DNA of 64,000 nucleotides from assembly GCA_038087875.1 (NCBI GenBank), contig CM075998.1:2108001-2172000 (forward strand), in the 5' to 3' direction. Shown piece after piece: positions 11,072 through 23,344 of the stretch. A program made the translations under genes and the position numbers. The notes under the pieces are model-generated. The model did not search any database. It saw only the letters and a program-made list of their open reading frames with translations, and was not told where the DNA came from. How positions within the stretch are numbered: the first letter of the stretch is position 1; each line of letters starts with the position of its first letter. This DNA comes from Malacoraja senta (lineage: Eukaryota).

Positions 11072-11822
11072 ACATAAGAGAATGAACATGCTGAAATCTC
11101 GAGCAAAAAAAAAAACAGCTACTGGAGGAACTCCACAGGTCAGGCAGCATCTAGAAATGGACAGTCGATGTTTTGGATCGGGACACTTTGTCTTGACCGG
11201 ATACTCGGCATCTTCACATTAGTGCATAAACTTAGGTCAAAGTGTTTCTTTACAAGGAGTGAAATAACACATGATTTTTTTTGTGCAGGTAGTTGAGGAT
11301 TGAAAGTGTATATCAAAGTACTTATTTTCTAACAAACTCATGTCAACCTTGGTTTTGCAATTATAACTTGGCTTCTCACTCTAAAATTTGTCAATTCAAG
11401 CCCTAAATCAAAGAATCGAGTACATGACCTAGTCTAACATTATAGTGCAGCATTGTCTGAGGTGCCACCCTTTGTGAGGTCCTGATCAGGTGGATATTAA
11501 ATATCCTCTGGCACCACTAGAAGAAGAAATAGGTGCTTCTCTCAGTGCCTTGGTGAATATTTGAACCTAAAGTGAAAAGTACAGATTACCTGTTTATTTG
11601 TCTAATTTGTCCTTTGTTCAGTACAAATTGCTTGACTGCTGAACACAAATTCATTCTCTGAAACCTGTTCTCAGTTACCCAGGCAGGTGCCATACAAAGA
11701 AGGCAAATCTGTCAAACATTTATTTTCAGATTCGTGGAATATTGAGGCTGTTACTTAGTATGAAAAAAAAAATCAGGAACAGATTGCTCGATGGTCAAAT
11801 ACTTTTACAGAGAGGTACTTAC

Positions 11823-11888
11823 CAATATTGCAACAATTGTGGAAAAGATCTTGGTGAAAATTCCTTTATTCATCTTAACACAATCAGG
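11823..11888 (-). CDS. Exon 2 of unidentified minus-strand transcript (PDCVKMNKGIFTKIFSTIVAIL)
   Basis: Strong acceptor cttttgtttcaacCAG and consensus donor TTG|GTAAGT; 66 nt. Only one frame is open and it is in frame with exon 14815-14892. Coding status unproven. Confidence 0.5.
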
Positions 11889-12385
11889 CTGGTTGAAACA
11901 AAAGGTTTATAGGACAACTCTATTGTTAAAATGTAGCCTAACTCCATCGCAGTGCTTTCACAATGGAACTGAATGTTGCTTGGTAGTTTTTTAACTCTTC
12001 TCGGACCACAAAATTTGCAGAAAATATGATTAAATCTTTTTTAACAAAGCACATTTTTTTAATGAGATAAAATGTAATGATGCTGGTATGGTCTTATTGA
12101 TCGAGCCCCATACCTCAAACGCTGAGTATGTTCCAAGATGGTTTGCAATCAATAAATTGCTTTCAAGTGCTCTCGTTAATTTGTGAAGAGCAAACAATAA
12201 ATGAACAAATATCTCTTTTTGATGTCTTAGTTAAAGGTGAACACTCTGTTCTACCCCAAATGATACAATGTGAGATCCTTCACTTTCAGCTGAACAGGTA
12301 AATAAACATTTGGCCCATCACAACAGCGTGGCATTTTGTCGACGATGCAAGGAACTGTGGATTATGTGCTGAAATTCTGGAACTT

Positions 12386-12730
12386 GAGTTTGTGTGCAGT
12401 TCTGATCGCTCCATTATAGGAAGGATGCGGAGGCTTTGGAGAGGGTGCAGATGACGTTTTCCCAGAATTAGAGGATTTCTGCTACAAGGAGTGGTTGGAT
12501 AAATTTAATTATATTCTCTGGAATGTTGGAGGCTGAAAGGAGACTTGATAGAAGTATATAAAATTATGAGGGGCATAGATGGGGTAGACAGTCTGTTTCT
12601 GGTAGATCGACTGATTTCAGTTGGGGTAGTACCTGGACATAAATCTCAGTGCTTCTGAACTGGTAGATGGGTAAGGTCTGCATGGACAATTGGGCAAAAG
12701 GGCTGTTTCCACGCTGTATGACTCTATGAT
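12386..12730 (+). mobile_element. CR1 LINE 3' fragment
   Basis: CVQF*SLHYRKDAEALERVQ...RLKGDLIEVYKIMRGID, then a HER1-like tail (gggcaaaagggctgtttccacgctgtatgactctatga). Confidence 0.85.
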
Positions 12731-13004
12731 CCTCTGTGAACTGATAATATTTGTAGGAAGTATGCTGCTTGAAGGTAAGACTGGCATAATTTGGACAGGT
12801 GAGGTACTGAAGCTGACCAGTGACTATACAACAATATTCCAGCATAAATCAAGAACCACAGGCAGAGTTGGAAAAGAGAAAATGAATTGAAAATTCTGTG
12901 TTTTATTAAGTAGCAATTGCTTGAAACCTGAACTGAAATCCCTGGCATTTGCCCGTTTGACTAAGCTAATACAAAAAAAGTTAATGATTGGCAATATTAA
13001 TCAG

Positions 13005-13565
13005 CTTTAGTTTAATTTGGTTTATTGTACGTGTACCAAGTTACAGTGAAAAGCTTTTAGTTGCGTGCTAACCAGTTATTGGAATGACTATAAATGATTA
13101 CACAATGTACAGATACATGACGAAGGGAATAACATTTAGTGCAAGGTAAATTCCGATTAAAGATAGTCCGAGGGTCTCCAATGAGGTACATAGTAGCTCA
13201 AGGCCAATCTCTAGTCATTGATAAGGATGGTTCAGTTGCCTGATAACAGGTGGGAAGGAACTATTTGTTCCTGAATCTGGAAGTGTTTTCAAACGTCTGT
13301 ACCACTTGCCTGATGGGAGAGGGGAGAAGACGATGTGACCGGATTGAGACTGGTCCTTGATTATGCTGGTGCCCTTGCTGAGGTAGCGTGAAGTGTAGAT
13401 GGAGACAATTGAAGGGAGGTTGGTTTGTGAGACGGTCTGAGCTGTGTCCACAATTCTCTGCAATTTCTTGCGGTCTTGGATGGAGTTGTTCCCATGCTGT
13501 GATGTATCCCGATAAAAAAAATTCTATGGCGCATCTATAAAAGTTGGTGAGAGTTGCTGGGGACT
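13005..13565 (-). mobile_element. Rex1/Babar LINE 3' end
   Basis: ORF-track peptide QRIVDTAQTVSQTNLPSIVSIYTSR..IIKD...FSPLPSGK..SSFPPVIRQLN, a 3' stem-loop plus caataaa, and a (taaac)n-like tail. Confidence 0.85.
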
Positions 13566-13599
13566 ATGAAAAAGAAAAGGACTATGCATAAAAACAAGA

Positions 13600-14110
13600 T
13601 ATGAGTACAAAATACTCAATGGTAGTGCAAGAGGTTGGCTGTAGTAATCCACTGAGGTCGGATTAGGGTTGTGCAAGTTGATTCAAGAACTCTATGGTTG
13701 TAGGAAAGTAGCTGTTCCTGAACCTGATGGTGTGCAACTTCAGGCTTCTGTCCTCCTGATGGTAGCAGTGAGAAGAGGGCATGGATGGTGGGGATCCCTG
13801 AAGATAGCCTGCCTCCTTGTAGATTCTTGGATGGTGGGGAGGGTTGTGCCTGTGATGGACCAGGTTGACTCTGTGGCATTTTACATTCTTGTGCGTTGGA
13901 ATAACTGTACCAGGTCATGATACAACCTGTCAGGATAATTTCTACATTGGATGTGTGGAGGTTTGTCAGAGCATTTGGTCACATGCTGAATCTCTTTAAA
14001 CTTTAAGAAAGTAGAGGTGTGCCATGCCTATTTTGTGATTACATATATGTATGTGCTAGGCCCAGTCCAGGACACGTCATTCGAGAAACCTAACACCTAG
14101 GAAATTGGAA
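13600..14110 (-). mobile_element. Second Rex1/Babar fragment
   Basis: HALFSLLPSG..RFRNSYFPTTI..LN-like motifs on the minus strand, frameshifted. Confidence 0.7.
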
Positions 14111-14814
14111 CGCTCCAATGGAGCCATCCAAACGCAGAACAACTGTCAAAGACCTTCTCGCTGTCAAAGTAAACTTTACTGAGGGTAAACTTCATTCTTC
14201 CTTGTTTTGAATACTTAAACAAACCACCGAAGGATGTGAACATTCCAAAACAAGTTGCTTGTCAAAAAAACACAACTAAAAAACAGTGTTTCTTTAATGC
14301 TGCAGACATAAGAAATTGTGCCTGAAAGCAGTTTTTTTTAAATGTCTCATTGAATTTATCTTAGGCTTTAATATTATAGTTTGAGTTGTAAATCGTTGGA
14401 AACGTCTACTGCAGTCATTGAGGCTGATAGACATTTGGACAATATGAGAATTAAAAGAATATGAGGATGAAGGAATACAGGGATGGGGCAAAACTAAACT
14501 GCAGATGCTGGATGCCTGAAATTAATTTAAAAAAACAGAAAATGCTGGGAACCCTCAGCAAGTCAGGTCATATCTGTGGAGTGAGGAAGTTAACGATTCG
14601 GGTCCGGGGCCCTTCATTGGAACAGGGCTGACAAAGGGGTCTCAGACCCAAAACATTCACTTTGTTTCTCTCATTGCACCTGCTGCCTGACCTGATGAGT
14701 AATGTATGTTTTGATAGATAGTGTTTGGACAGCGTGGATCAGCCATGATCTGGCTGACAGGAGAGCAGCCCTCAGGGCCGAATGGACTACTGCTGCTGCC
14801 ATTTATTGTGTTAC

Positions 14815-14892
14815 CTCAGTCACAAATACTTCAGTGTAAAAGCCCGCATCCGCCATCTCGCCGCGGGACCCTGTCGAGTTCACAGTTTCCAT
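14815..14892 (-). CDS. Putative first coding exon of unidentified gene head-to-head with SUOX (METVNSTGSRGEMADAGFYTEVFVTE)
   Basis: Lies in the CpG island. ATGs at 14892 and 14856 (gagATGGCGG, YY1-like). Donor GAG|GTAACA at 14814; phase 0 splices in frame to 11823-11888. Confidence 0.45.
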
Positions 14893-15200
14893 ATGTGCCC
14901 TGAGGCTTGGCGCGATGGAAGACGCTGCTCGCCACCGCCGCCACCGCCGCCATAAGAGCTCGTCACCCGCGGGAACGGCTCGCAGACCACGCTTGCGCAG
15001 AGCGCTCGAGTGAGCTGGTGATGGGAATGCGAAGTGAGGCGAAGAGAAAGAATTTTCCAGCCGGCGAAGATTTGGAGGAGAATTTCTGTCGGCGTTTTGA
15101 CTAAATGTGAGTGGAATGTCATTTAATGGCTTTGAGTGGATGGAGACCGAGGGCAGCGGAGTAACGCCTGATTTAAAACGGCGGGCGACGTGGTAATTAT
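14840..15200. promoter_or_regulatory. CpG-island promoter, probably bidirectional
   Basis: Non-repetitive CpG-dense patch in a CpG-poor background. YY1-like CCGCCAT at ~14850 and ~14947, NRF1-like GCTTGCGCAGAGCGC at 14991-15005, and outward-facing splice donors on both strands (14814 minus, 15107 plus). Confidence 0.75.
15000..15106 (+). other. SUOX: SUOX non-coding exon 1 (5' boundary approximate)
   Basis: Donor AAT|GTGAGT at 15107 at the edge of the CpG island nearest upstream of the SUOX ATG exon. Confidence 0.6.
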
Positions 15201-15908
15201 TGTATCGGCACCATAAACCGAACCCTCTTGAGATTAATATGTAAGACCTATGGGGGGGATGTTAACACCAAGGGCCGCTGCCCAGTCCGTCCTCCACACA
15301 CTTTGAGGGATATCTTCTCAACAATCACCGATTCGAACCTTTCAGTTACACGGTTAATCCTGTCGTCAGATGCCTTCCTGAGGGTTGAGAAAATGTGGAT
15401 AATTTCTGGGGGAGAAAAGTTTTTTTCTCGTCTTAATTGGTATTGGAAGGGAAAGAAAATATTGCTTGAATCCTCCACACTTTCTATTCCCCTATCCCAC
15501 CCCCAAAAAGTGACACATTCACTTAACACATAGCGGAAGCGGTCAGAGAATAGTTTCTATAACGCAAGGGGTCTCAAAGCATTTCGGAGTTGTGGAGTGT
15601 AATAATCACTGTTGGATTCGCCTTCAGAGCAAGTTCCCACAAACGCTGTCAGAAATGATGGCCAGCTAATCAGTTTTCAGTGTTATTTGTTATATTATGA
15701 ATAGATATTGACCTGGGCTGAATTATGAGATGTCTTCACACAAAGTACGGTGAATCTTTGGAATTCACTGGTTGCTTTTCTGCACTCCAGTGTTTCTCAC
15801 AAATTAATAGACAATCAAATAAATGTGATGGTGCAATAGAAATCTAAAATAGTTCCCCTTCTCGGGCATTTTTTTTTCAATCTTCTGCCTGTATTTTAAA
15901 AAAAAACA

Positions 15909-16088
15909 GAAGATAGACACAAAACGCTGGAGTAACTCAGCTGAACAGGCAACTTCTCTGGAGTCTTCTTCGGTCTCGAAATGTCACCAATTCCTTCACT
16001 CCAGAGACGCTGCCTGTCCCGCTGAGTTACTCCAGCATTTTGTGTCTATCTTCGGTTTAAATCAGCATCTGCAGTTCCTTGCTACACA
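15909..16088. mobile_element. Fold-back (inverted) Penelope-derived element
   Basis: Arms 15909-15964 and 15998-16053 are near-perfect reverse complements; same family as 6041-6135. Confidence 0.8.
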
Positions 16089-16149
16089 TTAAAAACAACA
16101 GGTTGTTCTTTTCAAGTTATTTTAATCAAGACAAGGTGAAGAAGGTAAA

Positions 16150-16860
16150 TGGATGAGCCTTAGTCTGTGTATCTGGTTCCTTTTGTGTGAACTTTGAGAT
16201 GTATCCAATAGATGAGAGGGAGCCATTGAATGTGGGGTATTTTGATTTATAAAAAGGCTTTTGATAAGAAGGATGTTGGTCAATGGGATTAGAACACATG
16301 GAATTGGAAGTTATAAACTAGCATGGAATTTGAGAGTTAACTAACAGACAAAATAAAGAGTACATACAAAAATAGCAAAGGTAGGATTAAATGGTTTTTC
16401 TCAAGTTGTGAATAGAGGAGGCCTCAAGCATTGATGCTTGAGGCCCCAACTATTCACAATTGCCAACATCAGAGTTGAGAGGTTCAAATTAAAGGTCAGG
16501 TTCTGTAGACAAAACTTATATTACTTTTATGACTGCAGAACATTTGAGGTCTAATCTAATCTGTGTATTTCAGATAACTAAAAGGGTTGATTAAGACTTT
16601 TTTAATTGCAGTGGAAGAATCAGGAACAAGATGGTGTAACCTTCTGAGTAGACCAACACCCTTCAGTAGGGATGTCACCACTTAAAGGATAGTGCAAATC
16701 TAAAACTTTCCCACCCCCACTTTAAACAAAACATGGGGTCAGCTGAAAATTTCTAATTTAATTATTCTCCTGCCACGTATTTTTCTGAGGCAAGGGCATT
16801 ATTACAGAACCGAGTTGCATAAATGTAATGACAATTAAGATCAACTGTGATTTTTGTTGG
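16150..16860 (+). mobile_element. Decayed CR1 RT and 3' fragments
   Basis: Remnants of the VY.D..KAFDK, HGIG....AW, LTDK.K and LGPQLFTI-like RT motifs. Confidence 0.6.
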
Positions 16861-17252
16861 GTGGAGAACTCCAATTCCTATTCTTTCCTCAAAAATCTCT
16901 GTTGCCCTCGATCATTGGCCCGTGGTGGGTATGTTTTGGCTCAAATTGATAGCCATCTTTATAGAGCAAACTGCCTACTTTGCTTGTTTTGATTGAACTT
17001 TTTTCCCCCATGTCTACAACTCTGTATTTTTCTGGAGCCTTTTTTCATCTGGGTTACCATGATCCATTGCCACTTGTCTTGGTTGCTATGGCTGCTCTGC
17101 CATTCTATAGCAACCAGTTTTAATGCAAACTGTGTTGAACATCTTCAGGGTTGATCTGCAAGGTTTTATTATTGTATTCCAGCACAATAAAGCTGAGAAG
17201 GCAACATAAGGAATATAAACTAGAATAGACCATTCAGCCCATATACCTGTTT

Positions 17253-17660
17253 TCATAGAGTCATACAGTGTGGAAACAGGCCCTTTGGCCCAACTTGTCC
17301 ATGCCAACCAAGGAGCCTAGCTGAGCTAGTCCCATTTGCCTGTGTTTGGACCATATCCCCCTAAACTTTCCTATTGTGTACCTGTCCAAATGTCTTTTAA
17401 ACTTTGTTAATTTCCCCATCTCTAGCACTTCCTCTGGCAACTTGTTCAAGATACCCACCACTATTCAGTTGTTCAGTACAATTGTGGCTGATCTTTTTCC
17501 TCGGTGCCACTTTCCTGCACTAACTCCACATCCTTTGATTCCATATATTGAAACATCTCCTGGTTTTTTGACTCGTGATTCCTGGTTCTAGATGCATCAG
17601 CCAGGGAAATCATTATCCTCAAGTCTACTTTGTCAAGCCCGATAAGAATCTTACATGTTT
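17253..17660 (-). mobile_element. CR1 3' ends (two adjacent fragments)
   Basis: ORF-track peptide ILNKLPEEVLEMGKLTKFKRHLDRY plus a HER1-like tail. Confidence 0.75.
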
Positions 17661-17908
17661 TGGATATGCTAGTTTGCACTATTAATACTGCAATTGCCGA
17701 TCTCTGCGACTCATGGCTGGTTCTCCATTTTTCACTGGGTAAAAGGAGCCTCCATTGTTGCTCGGGCACCAGATACTTTCAGAAGGATGGTCTTGTTCCA
17801 TAACTGGCCTTGAAACTGCTGACTCCAGTGAGTCAACCTCCTCCCCCTCTGACCACAGGATTTTGTACTTTGACTTTGGACTCCAATGTTGACTTTATTT
17901 TTGACCAG

Positions 17909-18002
17909 GGTATGTCTGGCCTAACCTTTGCGGCAAAGTATTACACAAATGCAAGTTTTTGTGGGGCTACAACATTTCACTGGTGGAAATAAATCTACTG
18001 TG
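17909..18002 (+). other. SUOX: Candidate SUOX 5'-UTR cassette exon containing a uORF (17912-17992)
   Basis: Acceptor tttatttttgacCAG and consensus donor GTG|GTAAGT in unique sequence of intron 1. Confidence 0.4.
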
Positions 18003-18805
18003 GTAAGTAAATGTGTCTACTTGCCAAGAGAAATGGACAGCTTTCCATTTTTATTGATGTTTTGAAAAGATGATCCTTTGTGAATTTGAGTATAAAAAAA
18101 CTCTGTTTTATTGAAGCATTGGGTATTTGAGAGTCAAGTGAGAATCTCATTTTATTTGAGATATTTTACACTTCAGGAAATTCTATACTTTAGCTTTGTT
18201 CCAGTGTACTAACTTGGAAGTCTTACCCATTGACCTCATGCCACTTGTTAATCATGTATGGGTTTAAATATTTTGCATAGTTTTACAGGGCTTAATATGC
18301 AAATCAAATTGTTTAAAATAGGGCATTACCTCAGAAGTCTGCAGCAATGGTTTTTGAGTTGGGTAACTTTTTAACTGACAGTCCAAGTGCTGTTTTGTGT
18401 GCGACTTAGTACTGGTGACAGTTAGATTTAACATGAGCTATTGTCGTTAGTGAGCAATGCACTCTGCTGGCGAAAGGGACAGCAAACACGTTGTTTCCAT
18501 ATCTGTTCCCTCTGACTACTCGCATGCATTAACTATTCTCCATTTGTTACAAATGTTTCATGTTTGAAGCACTGATACAAGTTACTGTTTGAGAACTGTA
18601 AATATATTCACTATATTGACTTCCAGCCTGAAGTTGTTCCTCTAATACATTTTAAATTCCAAGAATTAACAAACTGGCCGATCAAGTCCTCCTATTCCAT
18701 TGGTTTTCTGATTGCAACCCCTCATTGAAGTAGGTAGTTAAAATACAATAGATTAAAATATAATCAACTGATTAAAATTGAAATGTTATTCTGTCTCTAG
18801 GTACT

Positions 18806-18864
18806 ATGATGTCGTTCCTTAAGTGTACACGGTCTGCTCTGGGCATCTGGCAGATACAAAGCAG
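18806..18864 (+). CDS. SUOX: Sulfite oxidase coding exon 1 (MMSFLKCTRSALGIWQIQSR; mitochondrial presequence start)
   Basis: Acceptor ttattctgtctcTAG at 18800, ATG at 18806, donor AG|GTAATT. Phase 2 matches the next exon and the known short first coding exon of vertebrate SUOX. Confidence 0.8.
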
Positions 18865-21800
18865 GTAATTTTTATCTTGTTGAGGAGAACAACTCTAATT
18901 CATTTTGTAGATCTGAAACAGCCAGTTAATGAGGCCCTTTTTCCCAAGTGTAACTGAGAAACTAATGTCAGCCTTGACTCAGTTGGGAGCAACTCTGGGT
19001 TGGAGGTTTGTGGATTCAAGTCCTGCCCCAGATGACAGTGGGTTCTGGTGGAGTGCTGTAATAATGGATGTGCCAGCGCTTCCACTGAACATCACCTTCT
19101 TGTGCAGTTCCTTAGGATTGTGGATGCCTTGCCCTTCAAAATACGACTGTTTGATCTTGATCTTTGTAGGTAATTTTCAATACATATTACTTCTGCTGTA
19201 AACTTTGCACAATATTTGACAGTATTTGATCACATTTGATGTTATAATAACAAGGAATCAGCTAACCACCACACATTTATGCTGTATAAGTAACAAGTGT
19301 GAACAGATTACTTCAAGATAGTCTAGATAGTGGAGAGATGTCAATTTGAGTTGCTCTTCAAATGGCATTTAATGGCAAGTTCATGATTTAACGGGAAAAT
19401 TAAATAATTTGTAAACACTTGGCCGGATTCCCAAAATGAAATTGGTAGTGTAGTTATTGCTGCTTGTTTTATAATCTTGAATATTATTTCCTTTTGTTCA
19501 GCTGGAACAAAAAAAGATAAAAGAATAATAAAGCTGATGTGAAATAAGATTGCACCGTAATAAATTATATGGTTATGTAGATTTGCATGTGCTCTGTGAA
19601 CAAGATAGTTATAATGGAATGCTATTTATTGTCATTCAAACCTAGGTTTGAACAAAATATCATTTACTACAGTTTTTTACATTACAAAAAAACCCGAGAC
19701 CCACACTTAACACAGTTTACATAAACATCCATCACAGTGAATCTCCAACACCTCCTCACTGTGATGGGAGGCAAAGTCTTATCTCTTCCCTTTGTTCTTC
19801 TCCCGCGGTCCAGCAGTCCAACTGCAGTGTCGAGGCGAACTGGGGCTCCGATGTTAAAGCCCCCGGCATATTGCAGCATTTAACTTGCTTTTGCTGCTTC
19901 CTGCAAATTATTTTTTGTCAGTTAAATATTGTCAGCAAGTAGTGCCATAAAAAAATGTCTGTATGAAGTCTCTCTTTTGTGGGATACTTTTTTTAATGTT
20001 GTATTTGGAAATGTTTTGTTTCAACACAAATCAAAAGCACTCTATCCATTCAGCCCACCAAAGCTATTAACATTATTATTACGTTCTAATGGTTTTAGTG
20101 GTAGGAAGCAATTCTATTTGGTGGACAATGTATAATCTTGTTGGCTTTTAAACCATTCTTATGCCCTTATGTACACGGAAGAGTCAACTGAACTTATAGA
20201 TGTACAAGGTATCTCATTCATGAAGCTAGGTAGCTCAAAAGAACTGGTTGGTGTAATTGGCTTTTGCATTTCGACATTGTGCTTCAGCTACGGGCAGAAA
20301 AAATGTTCAGTTCATTTGTGTGCATGCTATTGAAAACCAATTAATTTACAGTGCTTTTATAAGATGGTCCCTAAAGTTTGCTTTTCACTTTTAAAAGTTC
20401 CTTTCTGTTCTGCATGCTTATTCTAAATCGGGATGTGCGTAAATGGGTAATTGCTATGTACACTGAGTGAAACCTGGTTAGAAATCAAGATTTGGGATTT
20501 CTGCTTCATTTATAGGTTGCTTATGGAGGAATGAGTAATGTTTTCAATCTTCACGGGTGATCTTTTATGTGTTAATTATTTTGCTGAATATTTGTATATG
20601 TAATCTTTTACAATCGGTTGAATTGCCTCACTTTTCATGAAGATCTTGTTTGTTGCGTGTTGGATTTGGGTGTAGAGGAGGGCACTTGGAAAGCAGCAAG
20701 AGGTGCAAGTTAATGTTTCTGGTTGAGACCCTGCATCAGGATATGATGCTGGGTCTTGACCCAAAACATAGATTTGGACCCACTTGCCCCACGGATGCTG
20801 TTTGACCCACTAAGTTATTCCAAAGTTCTGCATTTTGTTCCAGTTCCCATCTTCTGCAATCTCTTTTGTCATCTTGCAGAAATGGTCTTGATTTAATAGC
20901 ATTTTAAGTGCAGAATTACGAATAGGTGAGACAGTGTGATCACAGTATGCCAAGGATATATACACACACACACACCTAGAATGTTATGGTATGAGACCTA
21001 GACAATTAATCTAGACTGTCAATTGAAATCCTACCATTTCAGTTGGTTTAAGTTTGATTTTTCGTGGGGGGGGGAGGGATTAGTTGTATAGATAAAACTA
21101 ACTATATAACTTTTCAACTGAAAAAAAAAAGAAGACTTTGTCAACGTCCTTTCTTTGGGGAGAAAAGAGCACCATTTTCCTTGCCTGTTTGATTTGTGTA
21201 ACACCGTTCCACAACAACATATTTGACTGAAATGGCTGCACGCTTCCTCACGAAAGAACATGAAATAATTCAAGGAATATTGAACTTTTTTTTTTCCCCC
21301 CCTGTCTGAATGTTATGTCGTGCAAGGGTAGCAAGTAGATGACCAAGAATAGGAAAAGTAAGAATGGGACCAGAGAATGGGGTAAGAAGCTGTGATTGGA
21401 AAACTTGTGCTCAGATAGTTTAAATTGAAACCAAGACCAGTCATATTGAGTAGGTTGATGGTGAAGAATTATTGGAAGGAGAATGGAGAGCTGACCAGGT
21501 CAAAGACTGCAGAGAACAAGAGAAAAGTTCTGCCAATGTCACGACACTTGTGAATGTGCAAGTTCCTGGTTACAAATCAATCTGGCTTTCCGGCTAGCTT
21601 AGTTTTGCATGTTTTATTCCAAGCACCACGGTCTCAAGAACTGCAGCAGCTCAATTGCCAAGCACCACCCACAGAGGCGACTGATCCAGTTTGCAATATC
21701 TAAGTACATTTTGAAAAGATTATCAAAATATCTCTATCATTACCACCTCACCCCAAAACTTGTCATAGCATTGTCCTTTGAAGTTTTCCCAGCAGTATTT

Positions 21801-22631
21801 AATTGTTCGGGATATTTAAATAGTAACATGTATTTGGAACGACAACTTAAGCCTGAGTATCTTTAGTGTGTGGGTTATTGCAGTGTTACAAATATACCAA
21901 TAAGGGGGATAATTTTTGGAACAGAATGCAGTTCACTGTCAGTACAAGACCTGACAAGCACATGATTAAGATGTTGCAATAACAAATGAGTTTGCAATCT
22001 TTAGATGTTTTTTTTCCATAATTGCTAGTTGAATCTCTGATGGTCTTTAGAACTATAGACTAGTACAACATGAATGGAGCTGGAGCAAAAAGAAAGAGCT
22101 GCAGGAGGCAACTGAATTTTTCAAAGTTGATGTAGAGTAATTTAGTTTACTGATAATTGGAAGGCAAAGTACAGTAATGCTGGGATTCTAGTAACAGCGC
22201 AGCATCTTAGTTATTTGAATGAGTCTTTTGGTTAATTGGTCCGCTCGTCTTGAGGTATTTTGAAATAGCATAGCCTCAGCAACAAGTTGTTAGTACATAT
22301 GGAGTGATGGGTAGTAAAATGAAGAATTGTCACCAACTTCTTTATAGTTTGCCCGTCAATGTAGATAAAGAACTGACCCTGAACTGACAACTGATTTTAA
22401 CCTCTCTGTGCACTTATAAACTGAAAAGTTTCAATGATCTGGATTCTTGATTTTCATCGTGTTAATGAGTACTAGTGATCATGACAATATGTGTGGAGGC
22501 AGGAACCTGCAGTTCATTCCAAAGACTGGTCCAGCAGAGCATGGAAGCTATCTATGATGCTTATTGTGATGAAAAATTGTTTTAAAATGTGTGCTATGTA
22601 GGTGTGCATTACTTCATACTTCCTTTTTTAG

Positions 22632-22824
22632 AGTGTGGCTGGAAACCACTGCGGTCCTCCCACATGCATGCTCAGTTTGCAACTCAGTACGATGGAAGAA
22701 CACCGCTGCTAACCAGAAGAAAGAAGCAAACTATCAGTTCAGTAATGCACGTTGGAGGCAAATGGTCCTCGGGGTCATCACTGGTACAGGCGCTATCCTA
22801 GCTTATGGCTTATACAGAAAACAG
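22632..22824 (+). CDS. SUOX: Sulfite oxidase coding exon 2 (presequence and hydrophobic IMS-sorting segment WRQMVLGVITGTGAILAYGLY)
   Basis: Acceptor cttccttttTTAG, donor CAG|GTATGT, phase 2 to 0. The peptide resembles the human WRVMGTLLGLGAVLAY segment. An alternative in-frame acceptor lies at 22602. Confidence 0.85.
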
Positions 22825-23159
22825 GTATGTAGGAAAAGATGTATTGTTGATTTACTAACATGTTTGCTTCATTAATATCCTTACCAATATTTTTAAAGAA
22901 TGATTAAGTACCATATTCCCAATGAAAGAGTCATATGGATATCTGCTCCTGCCACTTCCACGTGATTTTTTTTCCTCTGCTGGAGATACACGATGCTTAG
23001 GATACATTTTTCTGTGAGAATGATAAACGCTTTGGTTTATGGCAAAGTAACCATTATTTATGGATGGTGCGTGATACATAGAGGTGGTGAATGTGGTTGA
23101 GGTCAATTCTGCACCGCACCTCAATGGACTTCAGCCATTGATGTATGGATCATTTTGGT

Positions 23160-23320
23160 CATAGAACATATAACACAGGAACTGGCCCTTTGGCCCACAG
23201 TGACTGTGTGAACGTGATGTCAAATTAAACTAATCACTATACATGATCCATTCCCTGTATATTCATGTGCCTATCTAAAAGTCTCTTAAATACCACTATA
23301 TATCTGCTTCCACCACTGTT
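23160..23320 (-). mobile_element. CR1 3' tail in SUOX intron
   Basis: cacaggaactggccctttggcccaca...tail family. Confidence 0.6.
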
Positions 23321-23344
23321 GCTGCAGTGCAGCAGCTGTAATGG

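Noticed and set aside
11679-11708. 30-nt minus-strand micro-exon (ICLLCMAPAW) that would extend the hydrophobic helix
   Set aside because: Weak acceptor and adjacent to Deu-SINE sequence; kept only as a candidate, not a feature.
14831-14833. TGA as selenocysteine in the MAAVAAV... frame
   Set aside because: A second TGA follows five codons later, and no SECIS or selenoprotein similarity was seen.
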